Shown: one piece after another, positions 1-11,994 of the stretch | Position numbering within the stretch: position 1 is the first letter of the stretch | Layout: each line of letters opens with the position of its first letter | NCBI RefSeq assembly: GCF_030684315.1 | Contig: NC_081373.1 | Span: 49,986,066 to 50,050,065, forward strand | Length of the DNA stretch: 64,000 nt | Source of the DNA: Stegostoma tigrinum | Taxonomy: Eukaryota | Direction of reading: 5' to 3' | Notes under the pieces: generated by a model | The model's database searches: none | Told to the model about the DNA's origin: nothing | What the model saw: the letters and a program-made list of their open reading frames with translations, nothing else | Translations under genes and position numbers: made by a program

Positions 1-559
1 AGAGGGTGAGACAGCAAGTGCGAGAGCGAAAGAGAGACACAAATGGAGGTGGTTTAACGTGAGGGTCGCTGAGGGCAAGGTTGGGGAAGAATCCTTCATG
101 GTGACTTCAGCCAAAGGGGAGGATGTGAACCCATGTTTTGGCACTACTCTGCATTGCAAACCTACTGTTCAGACAAATGAGTTAACCTGGAGTCATAAGT
201 ATACCAAACCTATAGGACACTAATGAACCAGATCGGTTTTTATAATCAATGATAGTTTTCTAGTTGCCATTTCAGTTTGATGATTTACTAAATAAATTTA
301 AATATCACCAGCAGTGATGAGATCTGAACACATATTCCCAGAAGTAGTCTAGGCCTCTGCACTGGTTGTCCAGCAATTATACACATGTCTCCGGCACCAA
401 CCACCCCATCCCCTGACCAAAGGCAAACTTGCATAATGGACAGTCGCCACTTGAATTTTATGCTTTTAAATTCATTAAAGTTGAGAATGTGTACCGGCCA
501 CATGGTGATATACTTATTGAAAAAGTCAACCCTGTTGCTTCTACATCAGTCTGTAAAAG

Positions 560-1630
560 AAGCAGCAACAAGTCAGAAGCTGAACCAGCATTTGGACAAG
601 GGGCATTTTCAGGATAGCAACCTATAACTAGTGGTATTCTGCAGGGATCAGTAGTAAAACTACAGTTATTTACAATACATATTAATGACTCGGGTGAGCA
701 AAGTGCATGGATTATAGCCAAGATCGCAAAAGACACAAAAACTGGTGGGAAAGAAAGTGGTGAGGATGGCACAAAGGGTCTACAGAAGAATAGAGACAGG
801 TTAAATGAGTGGGAAAAATCATGACAGATGGAATATAATGCAGAAAAATGTGAGGTTATCCACTTTGACATGAAAATAGATGAGCTAAGTAAATGGAGAA
901 AGACAGCACAAAGTTACAGATGAGGTATTTCGGAGTCATCGTCCATGAATTACAAAAAGCTAGCATCCAAGATTAGCAGCTAACAGGACGGCCAGTGTAA
1001 TGTTGGCCTTTATTTCAAAAGGAAAGGTGTATAAAGTAGAGAGGGCTTGTTAAAACTATACAAGGTGCTAGTGAGACCACAGCTAGATATCATGAATAGT
1101 TTTTAAACCTCTTAACTAAGGAAAGATGTCCTGGTATTGAAGGCAGTGCAGAGAAGCTTCACTGGGCTAATATTGGGGTATGGAGGGTGTATTTTCCAAG
1201 GTCAGGTCGAGTCGATTGAGCCTGTACTCACCGGAATATAGAAGATTGAGAAGTGACCTTATTGAAGCATACAAGATTCTTCAAAAGCTGTGACAGAGCA
1301 GATGCAGAATAGTTGCCTTCCCTTTACGGAAGAGTCTAGAACCAGGGGGCAGAATGTCAGAATAAGGAGTCACACATTTAAAATTTAGATGAGAGGAATT
1401 TCTTTGTTCACATGGTAGTGAGTCTGTGAAATTCTTTTCCACAGAAGGCTGCTGCGGCTGTGGCATTAAGTATAATCAAGGCTGAGACAGGCAGATTTTT
1501 AATCATTAATGGAATCAAGGGTTATGTAGAAAAGGCAGAAAAGTTGCGTTGACGATTCTCAGAATTGCCATGATCACATTGGATGGCAGAGCACTCAATG
1601 GGTTGAATGGCCATTCCTGCTCCTAAATCG
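560..1630 (+). mobile_element. Decayed CR1 LINE 3' portion
   Basis: RT C-terminal remnants (QGSV, LYKVLVRPQL) with many frameshifts, followed by a CR1-type 3'UTR. Confidence 0.75.
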
Positions 1631-1874
1631 GAAATGATTGACCTCCAAAGATACAAATGTATCTAGATACAATGTGCTAGGTACAATGCCAATCAATGGT
1701 GAAATATTCCCCTCAATTTTAACATCATCATTTTTGGTAGTGATCTCTGATGCAACATTTATCAAATGTTGCCTTGATATCAGGGCAATCAAACGCTTAC
1801 TTCACCTTGAGTTGCTTTTTTGTCCATGTTTAAACCATGGCTGTAACAAAATCCAAAGCTGATTGGCCCTGGAA

Positions 1875-2712
1875 GTACATAGATAAGCTGCAGAGCTGGG
1901 CTGAGAGGTGGCAAATGGAGTTTAACGTGAACAAGTGTGAGGTGAATGCACTTTGGTAGGGGTAACCAGAATGCAAAGTACTGGGCTAATGGTAAGATTC
2001 TTGATAGTGTAGATGAGCAGAGAGATCTCGGTGTCCATGTACACAGATCATTGAAAGTTGCCACCCAGGTTGACAGGGCTGTTAAGAAGGCATACAGTGT
2101 TTTAGCTTTTATTAATAGAGGGATTGAGTTCCGGAACCATGAGGTTATGCTGCAGCTGTACAAAACTCTGGTGCGGCCGCACTTGGAGCACTGCGTACAG
2201 TTCTGGTCACCGCATTATAAGAAGGATGTGGAAGCTTTGGAAAGGGTGCAGAGGAGATTTACTCAGATGTTGCCTGGTATGGAGGGAAGGTCTTACGAGG
2301 AAAGGCTGAGGGACTTGAGGCTGTTTTCATTAGAGAGAAGAAGGTTGAGAGGTGACTTAATTGAGACATATAAAATAATCAGAGGGTTGGATAGGGTGGA
2401 TAGGGAGAGCCTTTTTCCTAGATGGTGACGGCGAGCACGAGGGGGCATAGCTTTAAATTGAGGGGTGAAAGATACAGGACAGATGCCCGAGGTAGTTTCT
2501 TGACTCAGAGAGTAGTAAGGGTATGGAACACATTGCCCGCAACGGTAGTAGATTTGCCAACTTCAAGTACATTTAAGTTGTCGTTGGATAAGCAGATGGA
2601 CGTACATGGAATAGTGTAGGTTAGATGGGCTTCAGATTGGTATGACAGATCGGCAAAACATCGAGGGCCGAAGGGCCTGTACTGTGCTGTAATGTTCTAT
2701 GTTCTGTGTTCT
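1875..2712 (+). mobile_element. Relatively young 5'-truncated CR1 LINE
   Basis: ORF 1946-2428 reads MHFGR...QRDLGV...LYKTLVRPHLEHCVQFWSPH...LERVQRRFT...SLERRRLRGDLIE; the element ends in an (ATGTTCT)n-like tail. Confidence 0.92.
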
Positions 2713-5044
2713 AACCAAAAGCTGAGCACCGGCGAGCACACCATTGATGACTAACTGGTGTTTGACATTACCGTTGACATCTTCCATCACTTTGCTGATC
2801 ATGAGAGTACATTAATGAGGCAGAATTGGATGAATGGACTTGTGCCCTTTTCTTTGTGACACAGATCTGGAGAAATGCACAGAAGTACACATCATAGATT
2901 AAACAACAAAATGATATTTTAGTTTTGAATGTTCATCCACACTTCACACATTCCACAATACTGAAAGAGGTACCAGAGATTCTCTCGGTGATAACTGTCC
3001 TTTATGTCAGTAAAATATTTCGGCAATATATTTAGTGAACACAGAGATTACATTCTTGCATAAATGTTCTATCTTTTATGTATATTCACTGTCGATGTTG
3101 TTGAGCAAAATTATAACACGCCAACATAAAACTAAATCTTCTACACATCAGTTTATAAGGGAAGGTAGAAAAGAAATGGTCAAGAATTATTTAAAGCATG
3201 GCTTCCCAAATTGTGGGACACGAGTTGAAACAATGGGGTTGGAAGTTCCATGGATGCTATAGCGTATTGTCTGACTGACTATCCCTTAAGGGCCTGAATC
3301 CTGTTCTGAAAAATTCAGAAAAGGCGGTGCTTTTTGTGAAAAATTCACAATATCTATCTAAACAGCCTCCCACTCCAACATCTTTTTCAATGCCCCCTTT
3401 CTTACAGCTCTACACACTCTGGGGATCATAACAATTTTCAAGTCTTAAAATAAAGATACGATGGGAAGAAGTTTGGGAAGCATTGAAATAAGGCTTGTAT
3501 TTACATAATTTAGCTCATAGATTTTGATACATTACAATGAAAAAACTGCAACATATAAGGGCCGTCAGGAATATATAAGGTCAGGAACTACTAATGAATT
3601 ATCCAGCTTCTGCACTATTCTTGTAACTGTAGTTTGATCTGGATGGTCATTTGTCAGCCCCAGAATGGGAGATCAGGAAGCTACAATGCTGTTGAAGTTC
3701 AAAAGGAGGTGGGTAGGGACTTTTCTTGGTCTTTGTGAGAGATGGTCTTTATCTAGCAGTTTCATTTGGATGCAGCAGCAAAATCAGGAAACAAGTGCTT
3801 TTTTTTGAAAACCACAACCAATAAGTCTCCAAAATATTGTTCGTGCAAGATTAATGTAATTTTTAAGACCAAGATATTTTTGTTAGGTAAAAGTTATCAA
3901 GAAATGTGGAACAAAGGCGGTACAATACAGTTCAGGGGCAGATCAGCCACGATCAATGATCAGAATGGATATTGCTCAAGGGCAACTTTTAGACCTATAA
4001 ATCGCCCACATGTGAAGTAAGGGGCATTTTGACCCATTCAGAAAACAAAAATTTAAGCACAGGGAGAGAGAGAAAGAATATGGTTTTCCTTTTCAGAAGC
4101 TTCTGCTGGTGAGATACCAACATGTGCACAAAGGAACTATATAAAAGCAGGTAATTCATTCCCTATTCATGCAAGTTACTCATTAAGTTACATATCGGCA
4201 GTTGATAATTAGAGTAATGTTCAGTTATATGAGTCTAATGATCATCTAAATTAGCCACAACGATTTAATATTTTATTGGAGAATAAGAATTGTGAGCAAA
4301 TACTGTGGGCATTGTTTGAAACAATTAAATATTAATCAAGAAGTAAGTATAAGATCAAGAACTAATCTCAGTCAAAAGGTGTCAGTCACCTCTCTTTCCT
4401 AGGGGTGAGGGACAGAAATCTAAAGACAAAATTTGCCCAAGGCTCAGTGGCACACCTCTGAGCAACAAATTCAGTTCATTTAATGATGTTAGTTATTGCT
4501 GGAATCAGAAGGGACATTATCTACTTGGACAATAAGCAACCATTGTAAACAGCATACTTATTGCAAACAAACACACCTGATGTTTAGTAAAGTAGTGAGA
4601 TACTGAAATAGAGTAGCTAAGACTCAGTGAAACATCCACTATCATCCATCATCTGTCGTAGGACATGCCTAGCGAAACAATCCAAATAGTGACAAATGCC
4701 TAAACACAGGTCATCAATCTGCCATCAAAGGTCTGGAACAGTGTGCAGTATGGCACAGAACACGGGATTAGAAATGTTGCTTGGTCTGTGGATAAGTACG
4801 CACCAGAAGAGTGATTACATGAAATTTCACTCACAGAAGGAAGTGTGAAATAAGCAGCAAACTATCTGGGGCTAAGAAATCTTTGACAATTCATGGCTCC
4901 ACGCTACTGACAGGGACACTACTACCAAACACAGGAAGTGTGTAGAAGAAGAGCAGCTTTCAAAGTTACCTTACTAAATTAATTTCTTTGCTTAGTTATA
5001 TTTCTAAACACGAGGAGAAGAATGCCTTGTGTCATATAGCAGGT

Positions 5045-5610
5045 TATATAGAAACATAGAAGACAGGAGCAGGAGGCACCCATTCAGCCCTTCAAGATTG
5101 CTCTGCCATTCATCACGACCATGACTGATGATCGAACTCAATAGCCTAATCCCGCTTTCTCCTCGTAACCTTTGATCCCATTTGCCCCAAGTGCTATATC
5201 TGGCTGCCTCTTGAATACATTCAACGTTTTGGCATCAACTAATTCCTATGGGAATGAATTCCACAGGCTCACCACTCCTTGGGTGAAGAGATGTCTCCTC
5301 ATCTCCGTCCTAAAATCATCCACTCTGAATCTTCATACTGCAACCTCGGTTCTGATACACCCACCAATGGGAACATCCTCCTGGCATCTGCCCTGTTTGG
5401 TCCTGTTAAAATTTTAGAAGTCTCTATGAGATCCCCCCTCATTCATCTGAACTCCAGTGAAAACAATCTTAACCTAGTCAATCTTTCCTTGTATGTTGAT
5501 CCCACCATCCCTGGAATCAGCCTGGTAAACCTTCGCTGCACTTCCTCAAGAGAAAGAGGATCCTTCCTCAGAAAAAGGAAGCCAAAACTGCACACAATAT
5601 TCTAGGTATA
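5045..5610 (-). mobile_element. CR1 LINE 3' fragment
   Basis: Reverse-strand CVQF...VQRRFTRLIPGM segment and an ATAGAAACATAGAA tail. Confidence 0.8.
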
Positions 5611-6011
5611 TCTTACCACTCAGCCCATTAAGCTCTACGGCCTCTAAAAGAATTATCCACTTGGAGCCACTCTCCTCTCCCTTCTCTCAAGAGGACCGAC
5701 ATGTCAAGACATATCCAGACTAGACATCCCATTTTCCAAAACATATGATTGACCACCTTTGCAACAGACCAATAATCTGTTTGTTCTAAGTTCCAAGGGT
5801 GCTGCAAGTACGCTGGAGACTGTGGCACTGAGCAGGCTGAATCAGACAAATTCCCTACTTAAATGAAACTGCAGACTCTTTAGCGGAATCATGGACAAAA
5901 TGTTACAACACAAAAATGTTTGATGAGAAATGCCAGTATGAGGTGAGCATGGAATTGGGCTCAGGTAAGATCACCAAATAGTTCACTGTTGAATAATTTA
6001 GTTGGGGGGGG

Positions 6012-6295
6012 GGGGGTGGTTTGTGGTGCAGTGGCAATGTCCCTACCCCTAAACTGGGAGGCCCCAGATTCAAGTCCCACCCGTTCCAGAAGTGTGTAAT
6101 AATATCTGAATAGGTTGATTAGAAAAATATGTTACATGAAAAAAATTTAGTAGTCTGGTGGAGGTGGGGCCTCTTGTGATGCAATGGTATTATCCCTACC
6201 TTTGAGCCAGGAGGCCCAAGTTCAAGTCCCTCTTGTTCGAGAGCTGTGTAATAAAATGTCTGAACTGGTTGATTAAAGACAGGTTTAAAAATATT
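6012..6295 (+). mobile_element. Tandem pair of short tRNA-like SINE units
   Basis: Each unit has a TGGTGCAGTGG-type A box, a TTCAAGTCCC B box, then TGTGTAATAA...GGTTGATTA. Confidence 0.7.
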
Positions 6296-7529
6296 AATAG
6301 CCTGGTAATGTGAATAATGCAGATCGGATAAGACACCACGTAGAATTTTACCCCACCACAGAAAGTATGGTAAATGGATCAAGACACATTGCAGATAATG
6401 AATTTACAACCATAGTTTTTTCCTCATCCTTTTTAAAAACTACATTTTGGAATTAAAACTATAAAATTTTCTGCAAATACCTCAGGATTCTGAACAATTA
6501 TCATTTCATGCACCAACAGGATTTTGCACATCAACGCTACAATAATTCAGTAGTTCTATGAAATTAAGTTGCCTCGGAGAAATACTGTAAAATTATCAAT
6601 AAACATATTCAGCTTCTTTCTCCTATGTCTGGCATATGGAATTTCTACGGGGTAAACAAACTGCTACTGATGAAAATGATTTTCATTACAAATATGCGTC
6701 ATAGACTTCCACACAATGAAGACTGCGTAACAGGAATTACTAAACCTAAATGTCAGATCAGATTGAGTGTTTCGAATACTTTGAACTTCACCAGCAGAGC
6801 CTATACATTTGAAATACTTCATTTGCACCGATGATGATTCATCACTTCCATCATATCTTCAAAACTATCCCCCCGTCCAAATGTTTCCACTGTAATATTA
6901 AATTAATACTTCATATCTCTGAGAAAAGGGAAATATTCTGGCAAGAAGATTACATGCCATGGTTACTCTTAAACACGAGCACTCCAGACCTTATAGTAAA
7001 CTCCCAAGCACTGTCAGAAGTTAGCAAGCAATTTTCAAACCAGAACATTTCCTGCAGATGTCACAAGGCATCAAAAGCGCATTCCTTACCAATTGTTCAG
7101 ATGAGGCATAACACAAGGACACTAGCTGGTACTGTGGTTTAATGAAACCGCTCAGTCTGACACACATTCAGTAGAAATGTTCTTTAAAGAGAAATAACTT
7201 ACATGTTGCAGGCAGATATTTTTTGTTAACTCGTCAAGCAATCATATTTTAAAATCAGGACGCTGAACACATCACAAGAGTTTCACAGAAGCAAACTCAC
7301 TTTTTGTCGCACTAAGCATATCAATGTTTAAACTCTTGGAATGATATTTTCATGAGGTTTCACATTATCAGAATTTGCATGTAGATTGTCTGCCAGCAGG
7401 CATTCTATCAAGGTCACCGAACTAACAACAACTATGAAGCAACAATGACATCAGTTACAGAATGTTAGAGAAGTCGCCATTTGACCCACTGTGACTGGGT
7501 ATGCTATTTGTAAGTGTTATCCATTCTTC

Positions 7530-7930
7530 AACCCCTCCACATCATCCTGTAAGTATTTCCTCTTTTACATTCAACAGCAAGTGTGCACTATCCACAAGAT
7601 GCACTGCAGAAATTCATCAAAGATCCTTCGACAGCACCTTCTAAATCCACAACCACTTCCATGTAGAATGACAAAGGCAGTAGAACACCGCCACCTGCAA
7701 GTTCCCCTCCAAGCCACACACCATCCTGACTCAGAAACCTATCACTGGCCCTTCAGTGTTCCCTGTTCAAAATCCTGGAATTCCGTCCCTAAGGGCATTG
7801 TGGGTCAACCTACAGAATGAACAGTGCAGTGGTTCAAGGCAGCAGCTCACCACTATCTTCTCCAGAGCAACATGGGATGGGCAATAAATGCAGACCAGCC
7901 AGCAAGGCCCACATCCCAGGAAAAAAAACA
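7530..7930 (+). mobile_element. LINE 3' end (CR1/L2 group) sharing its tail with a local SINE
   Basis: CTIHKMHCRNS segment and a GGGATGGGCAATAAATGC...CCCACATCCC-A tail that also occurs in the SINEs at 37710 and 53710. Confidence 0.65.
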
Positions 7931-9269
7931 GCAAATTAATTACTAGAAGTTAGAACGGAATTTGTTTATACCTTCCTTTCAGGCAGTCTATTCCAGATAT
8001 TAACTCAGGATGGTTGCGGAACTGGGGGATCATGTCAGTCCTCTGTGAGAGCTGCACAGCTTGTCCCATTTGCCTGCTTTTCCCTGCAGCCCTGCAAATT
8101 GTGCCTTTTCAAACAACAATCTAATATCTTTTAAAACTATAATTGCCACAGCCTTCTCAACATACCCAGGCAAGGCATTCCAGATCCCTAACAGACACCT
8201 TTGCCAGCTATATGAAGTTGATGTGAGTCAACTCCATTACGTTGAGTCTTTGGTATCATGAAAAAGAATCATATCAGACTCAAAACATTAATTCTTTCTC
8301 TCTCTATAGATGCTCCCAGTCACAAGGTTCTTCACCACTTTGTTATAATCGAAGAAAAGAGGCAACAAGATAAGGAGAGAATTCCAAAGCTTGTAGCCAG
8401 GAAACCAGAAGACATGATCATCAAAGGTGGAGTGAGGAAACTGGGGATGAACAAGAGATCAGAATTAAGGGATTTCACATGCCTTGCATGGCTGCAAGGT
8501 TGAAATAGGGAAAAGCGAGCCAATGGCAGGATTTCAGAACAAGGATTAGCATTTTAGATTTCAAATGGTTTGTACACCTATACCCCAGGTCATTCTGGCC
8601 CTGATATGCCTTCATAATTATATTTCTTTCTCCATCCAACTAAATTTTAGCTGCCATGTTTCTGCCTACTCCACAAGCCTCTCAAGTCTATCAATATCTT
8701 CCTTAATGCCACAAAAATTTCCAAGTTTAAATCATTTATAGAGATGAAGAAAAGCACAGGGCGTAATCCCCACTCCCGGGGAACCCTACAAAGCATCTTC
8801 CTCAAGTTCAAAAAACTAGCCATTTACCGTTGATTTCTGTCATGCTGCCAAATACGCATCCACAGTCCTTTTCATTCGACAGGTTTCAAGTTTGCTGGCA
8901 GGTTGATTACATGGTACTTTATAAAACACCTTCAACACATACCGCATCAACTTCATTACCTTTAACAAATGGTGCTGATTTTTCTTAATTGCTCCACATT
9001 TGTGATTCTTTTCAATGATCATCTTACGACAGGTTTCCTCACTGCGGTTAAATTGACTGGTTCTTAGCTGATGGGCTTATCCTTTTTTTGAACCTGTGCT
9101 GAACATTTGCAATTCTTCAGTCCTCTCGGACCACTGTAGTTTCCAAGGATTTGAAGATTATGGCCAGTGTCCTGGCAACTTCCACCCTAATATTATTTAC
9201 CCTTTCAGGTGTATCATTATTCCCAAAAGCAAATGTTGCCTCTAAGATCTGAATGTCAGAATGTTGTTC

Positions 9270-9520
9270 CTAGATGTTTTTAAATCAGCCTGCTCACATG
9301 CTATCATGCATGTCTAAGCCAGGTTAAGACTTGAACCCAGATTTTTTGGTCCTGAGACAGGAACATTACCATTGCACCACAAGAATAGTATCTTCCACCC
9401 AAGGTATTTTCTAATCAACCTGTTCAGAGTTGTTGTTACAGGCTTCCGGAGCAGCTGGGATTTGTATCTTGGTCTCCTGGCTCAGAGGTACAGACACTAC
9501 CACTGTATTACAAGATTCCC
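9270..9520 (-). mobile_element. Second tandem pair of the same short tRNA-like units
   Basis: Two reverse-complement units (TAATCAACCTGTTCAG...CCAxTGxAxxACAAGA). Confidence 0.65.
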
Positions 9521-10479
9521 TTATCTTCCACCATATCCTCTTCCACTATGACTTGAGTGATGTTTCAATTCTACTGGTTTGTTAACTTTAACTGCTGCCA
9601 GTCTATCAACTCATCTTTATTAATCCTTCATCAGTGCTGTGTTCCCACCGCAATGTGCTCTTCTCCACAACATCATCTTCCTTGATAAATATAGATCAAA
9701 ATGTTCAATACTTCAGCCATAACCCCTGCCTCCATGTGTACACCCTTCTGTGATCTCCTATTGTCCCCAGTGCTCCTTTCACCACATTTTCACTGTTCTT
9801 ATGTCAAGAGAAGACTTCAGATACTTTTAGATTGAAGCCAGTCTTATCTCATGCTCAGGTGTTGCATGGTTATTTCTTTTTTCAGTTCCTCTGAATGGAT
9901 CAGGTCAAAACCCTGCAGTGTGACCACAATCAGTGGTGAATAATAGTAAACTATTAAACAACTAGCCAAGTGAGGCAGCTCCACAAAGATCTCCAACTTG
10001 AATGGTAAAAGAGACCAGACTTCAGCAGTAAAGACAAGGTTGCAATCATTGCAAATATCTTCTCTCAGAAGTGCCAACTGGATGACCCACAGAGCAAAGT
10101 GGCGTACTTTTATTCTTCATTCATGTGTTCTAACAGGGTTGAGTGAAGAAGAATCAGGGAAAACCACAGATATTGAAGCAGTACATGCCCCAATGCAAGA
10201 AGGCCAAGGCAATGTTCCGGGCTGAGCTGATCATTGACGAGCAACATTTGGACATAAAAATGTCAGAAAATGACCATCTCTAACAAGAGAGAAAATTTAA
10301 CCATCATGCCTTGACAATCAATGCCATTATCATCATTGAACAGCCCACCATCAACATTCTGTGGATTTCTAGTGATCAGAAATTGAACTAGACGAGTGAT
10401 ATCAAAGAATTAAAAAGTCAGAGATTTTGAATTCTGCAGTAACTCCCCCCCGATCTCCCTAAACCATGTTTAGTGAAAC

Positions 10480-10920
10480 TCTGCTGTATCCAAACTCACA
10501 TCACATCTCGTTATTCACCTGTCACCAGTACGCTTGATGGTCTACATTCGCTCCTTGTAAACTAAAAGACTTGATTTTACAATTCATGTCCCAGGTTTTC
10601 AAATCTATCCTTGCTTTCTCTGTTCTCCAATCTTTACTCTTCTCCACATTTGGCACATTGAGTACCACCAACGTTAATTGCTTTGCCCTCGGTGGCTATG
10701 CCTTCAGTTGTCCTTGCTCATAAGCTCTGGAGCTTCTTCCCTACATCTCTTCACCTCTCTAACTTACTTTCAGTCTTTATGGCAATCTTTAAAGCTTAGC
10801 TTGCTGATCACGCTTTTGGTCATCTGATTAAATAATTGTTACATCTCATTTCATAATACTTCTGCTAGGTATTGGGATTTTTATGTTGTGGGTGCTATAA
10901 AATTAAAGACTGCTGTTGAA
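10480..10920 (+). mobile_element. Old L2-like LINE 3' fragment
   Basis: Degenerate version of the L2 C-terminal HITP..LHWLPV..RI.FKI region; recognised by eye only. Confidence 0.45.
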
Positions 10921-11908
10921 AGGGTGATGGATCCTGACTGAAAAAGGAAATGGATAATTGCATGAAGAAAATCACTGCGGGAATATGGGATAAAAGCAAC
11001 CAAGTGGGACAAAATGGAATGCTTTTCAAGACGCACTGATTTAACTGGGTAAACAGTTTCTTTCCAAGCTGTGATATTCCATAATTCTAGTGGTTAAGTA
11101 ATCTCAAAGTTACAAAAGTTGTACTTTAAAGACCTTCAATATATGTTATTCATAACAAATACAGAACTAGGAATCAGAGGCCATGTGACTAAACTGTATG
11201 CTGACAGAAATTGCTTAGAACTATTTTCTGTGCTCACCATCTAGACATGGATATAATTAAGACTGGATTAACCATCAGCACTTAAGAATCCAGCATTTCT
11301 GTTCAGCCAAAGCAATCTAACAAATGTGGGTCATAAACAAGTGGAACATTGCCAAGAAATGCACATGACATTACAGCATTAGGAACACAACAAATATATT
11401 GCTGAGTTAACGAGCCACAGAAGTTTTTTTTTATTTCAAACTAATTAATTTCAGCTGATTACAACAGTAAATCCCTTTAGAATACTAATTTGAGAAAAAT
11501 TTAATTGGATCCCAATTGTTTACATGGGTTTCCCCTTTCCATACCCTATGTAACCAACATTTGTTAGCTTGCCCCAATATGCAAACTGAGGAAGATAATC
11601 TTTTTTGTCTCTCCACACAAAATTCACAAGCAGGTTGGTTGATGATTTCCTCTCATACTTTTGTCAAAGAAATTCTGAGCCTGCACCAGCCTTGGTAGAC
11701 TTGTTCTCCAGTATGCTCTGTATCCTCTCAACATTCACCAGCTGAACTGGTTTATTTCAGTCACATAGACAACTATGTCACATCTGCCAGACAGCAACTT
11801 GACAGCACAGCTTCTCAATACAGTGTTTTGAACTCCATGTTAGATTCAGTGCAGTCACAATGTAAAGCCAATTCCACCTGAACTCAGTTCTAGCAAAACA
11901 GGAATTAC

Positions 11909-11994
11909 CATATTGTAGAAATTCAACTCCCTGGGTCCACGCGGTGGAGGTTGCAACTGCTTCAAGACTGTGCCATCTGGGTGCTGCAACATAC
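11909..11994 (-). CDS. IPMK: IPMK coding exon 2
   Basis: ttctag acceptor, then 86 nt encoding (G)MLQHPDGTVLKQLQPPPRGPRELNFYNM, then a gtaatt donor. The phase joins exon 1 and the peptide matches the conserved IPMK segment. Confidence 0.95.

Noticed and set aside
6012-6130. Possible tRNA genes here and at other A/B-box sites
   Set aside because: I could not fold a convincing cloverleaf. The copies are mutually diverged and continue into shared non-tRNA sequence, as expected for SINE heads.
1-11908. IPMK exon 3 and later exons
   Set aside because: No minus-strand segment resembling the expected LPKYYG or DVKIG motifs was found by eye, including near a GTAAGT donor-like site at about 7200. They are probably outside the window, though a miss is possible.
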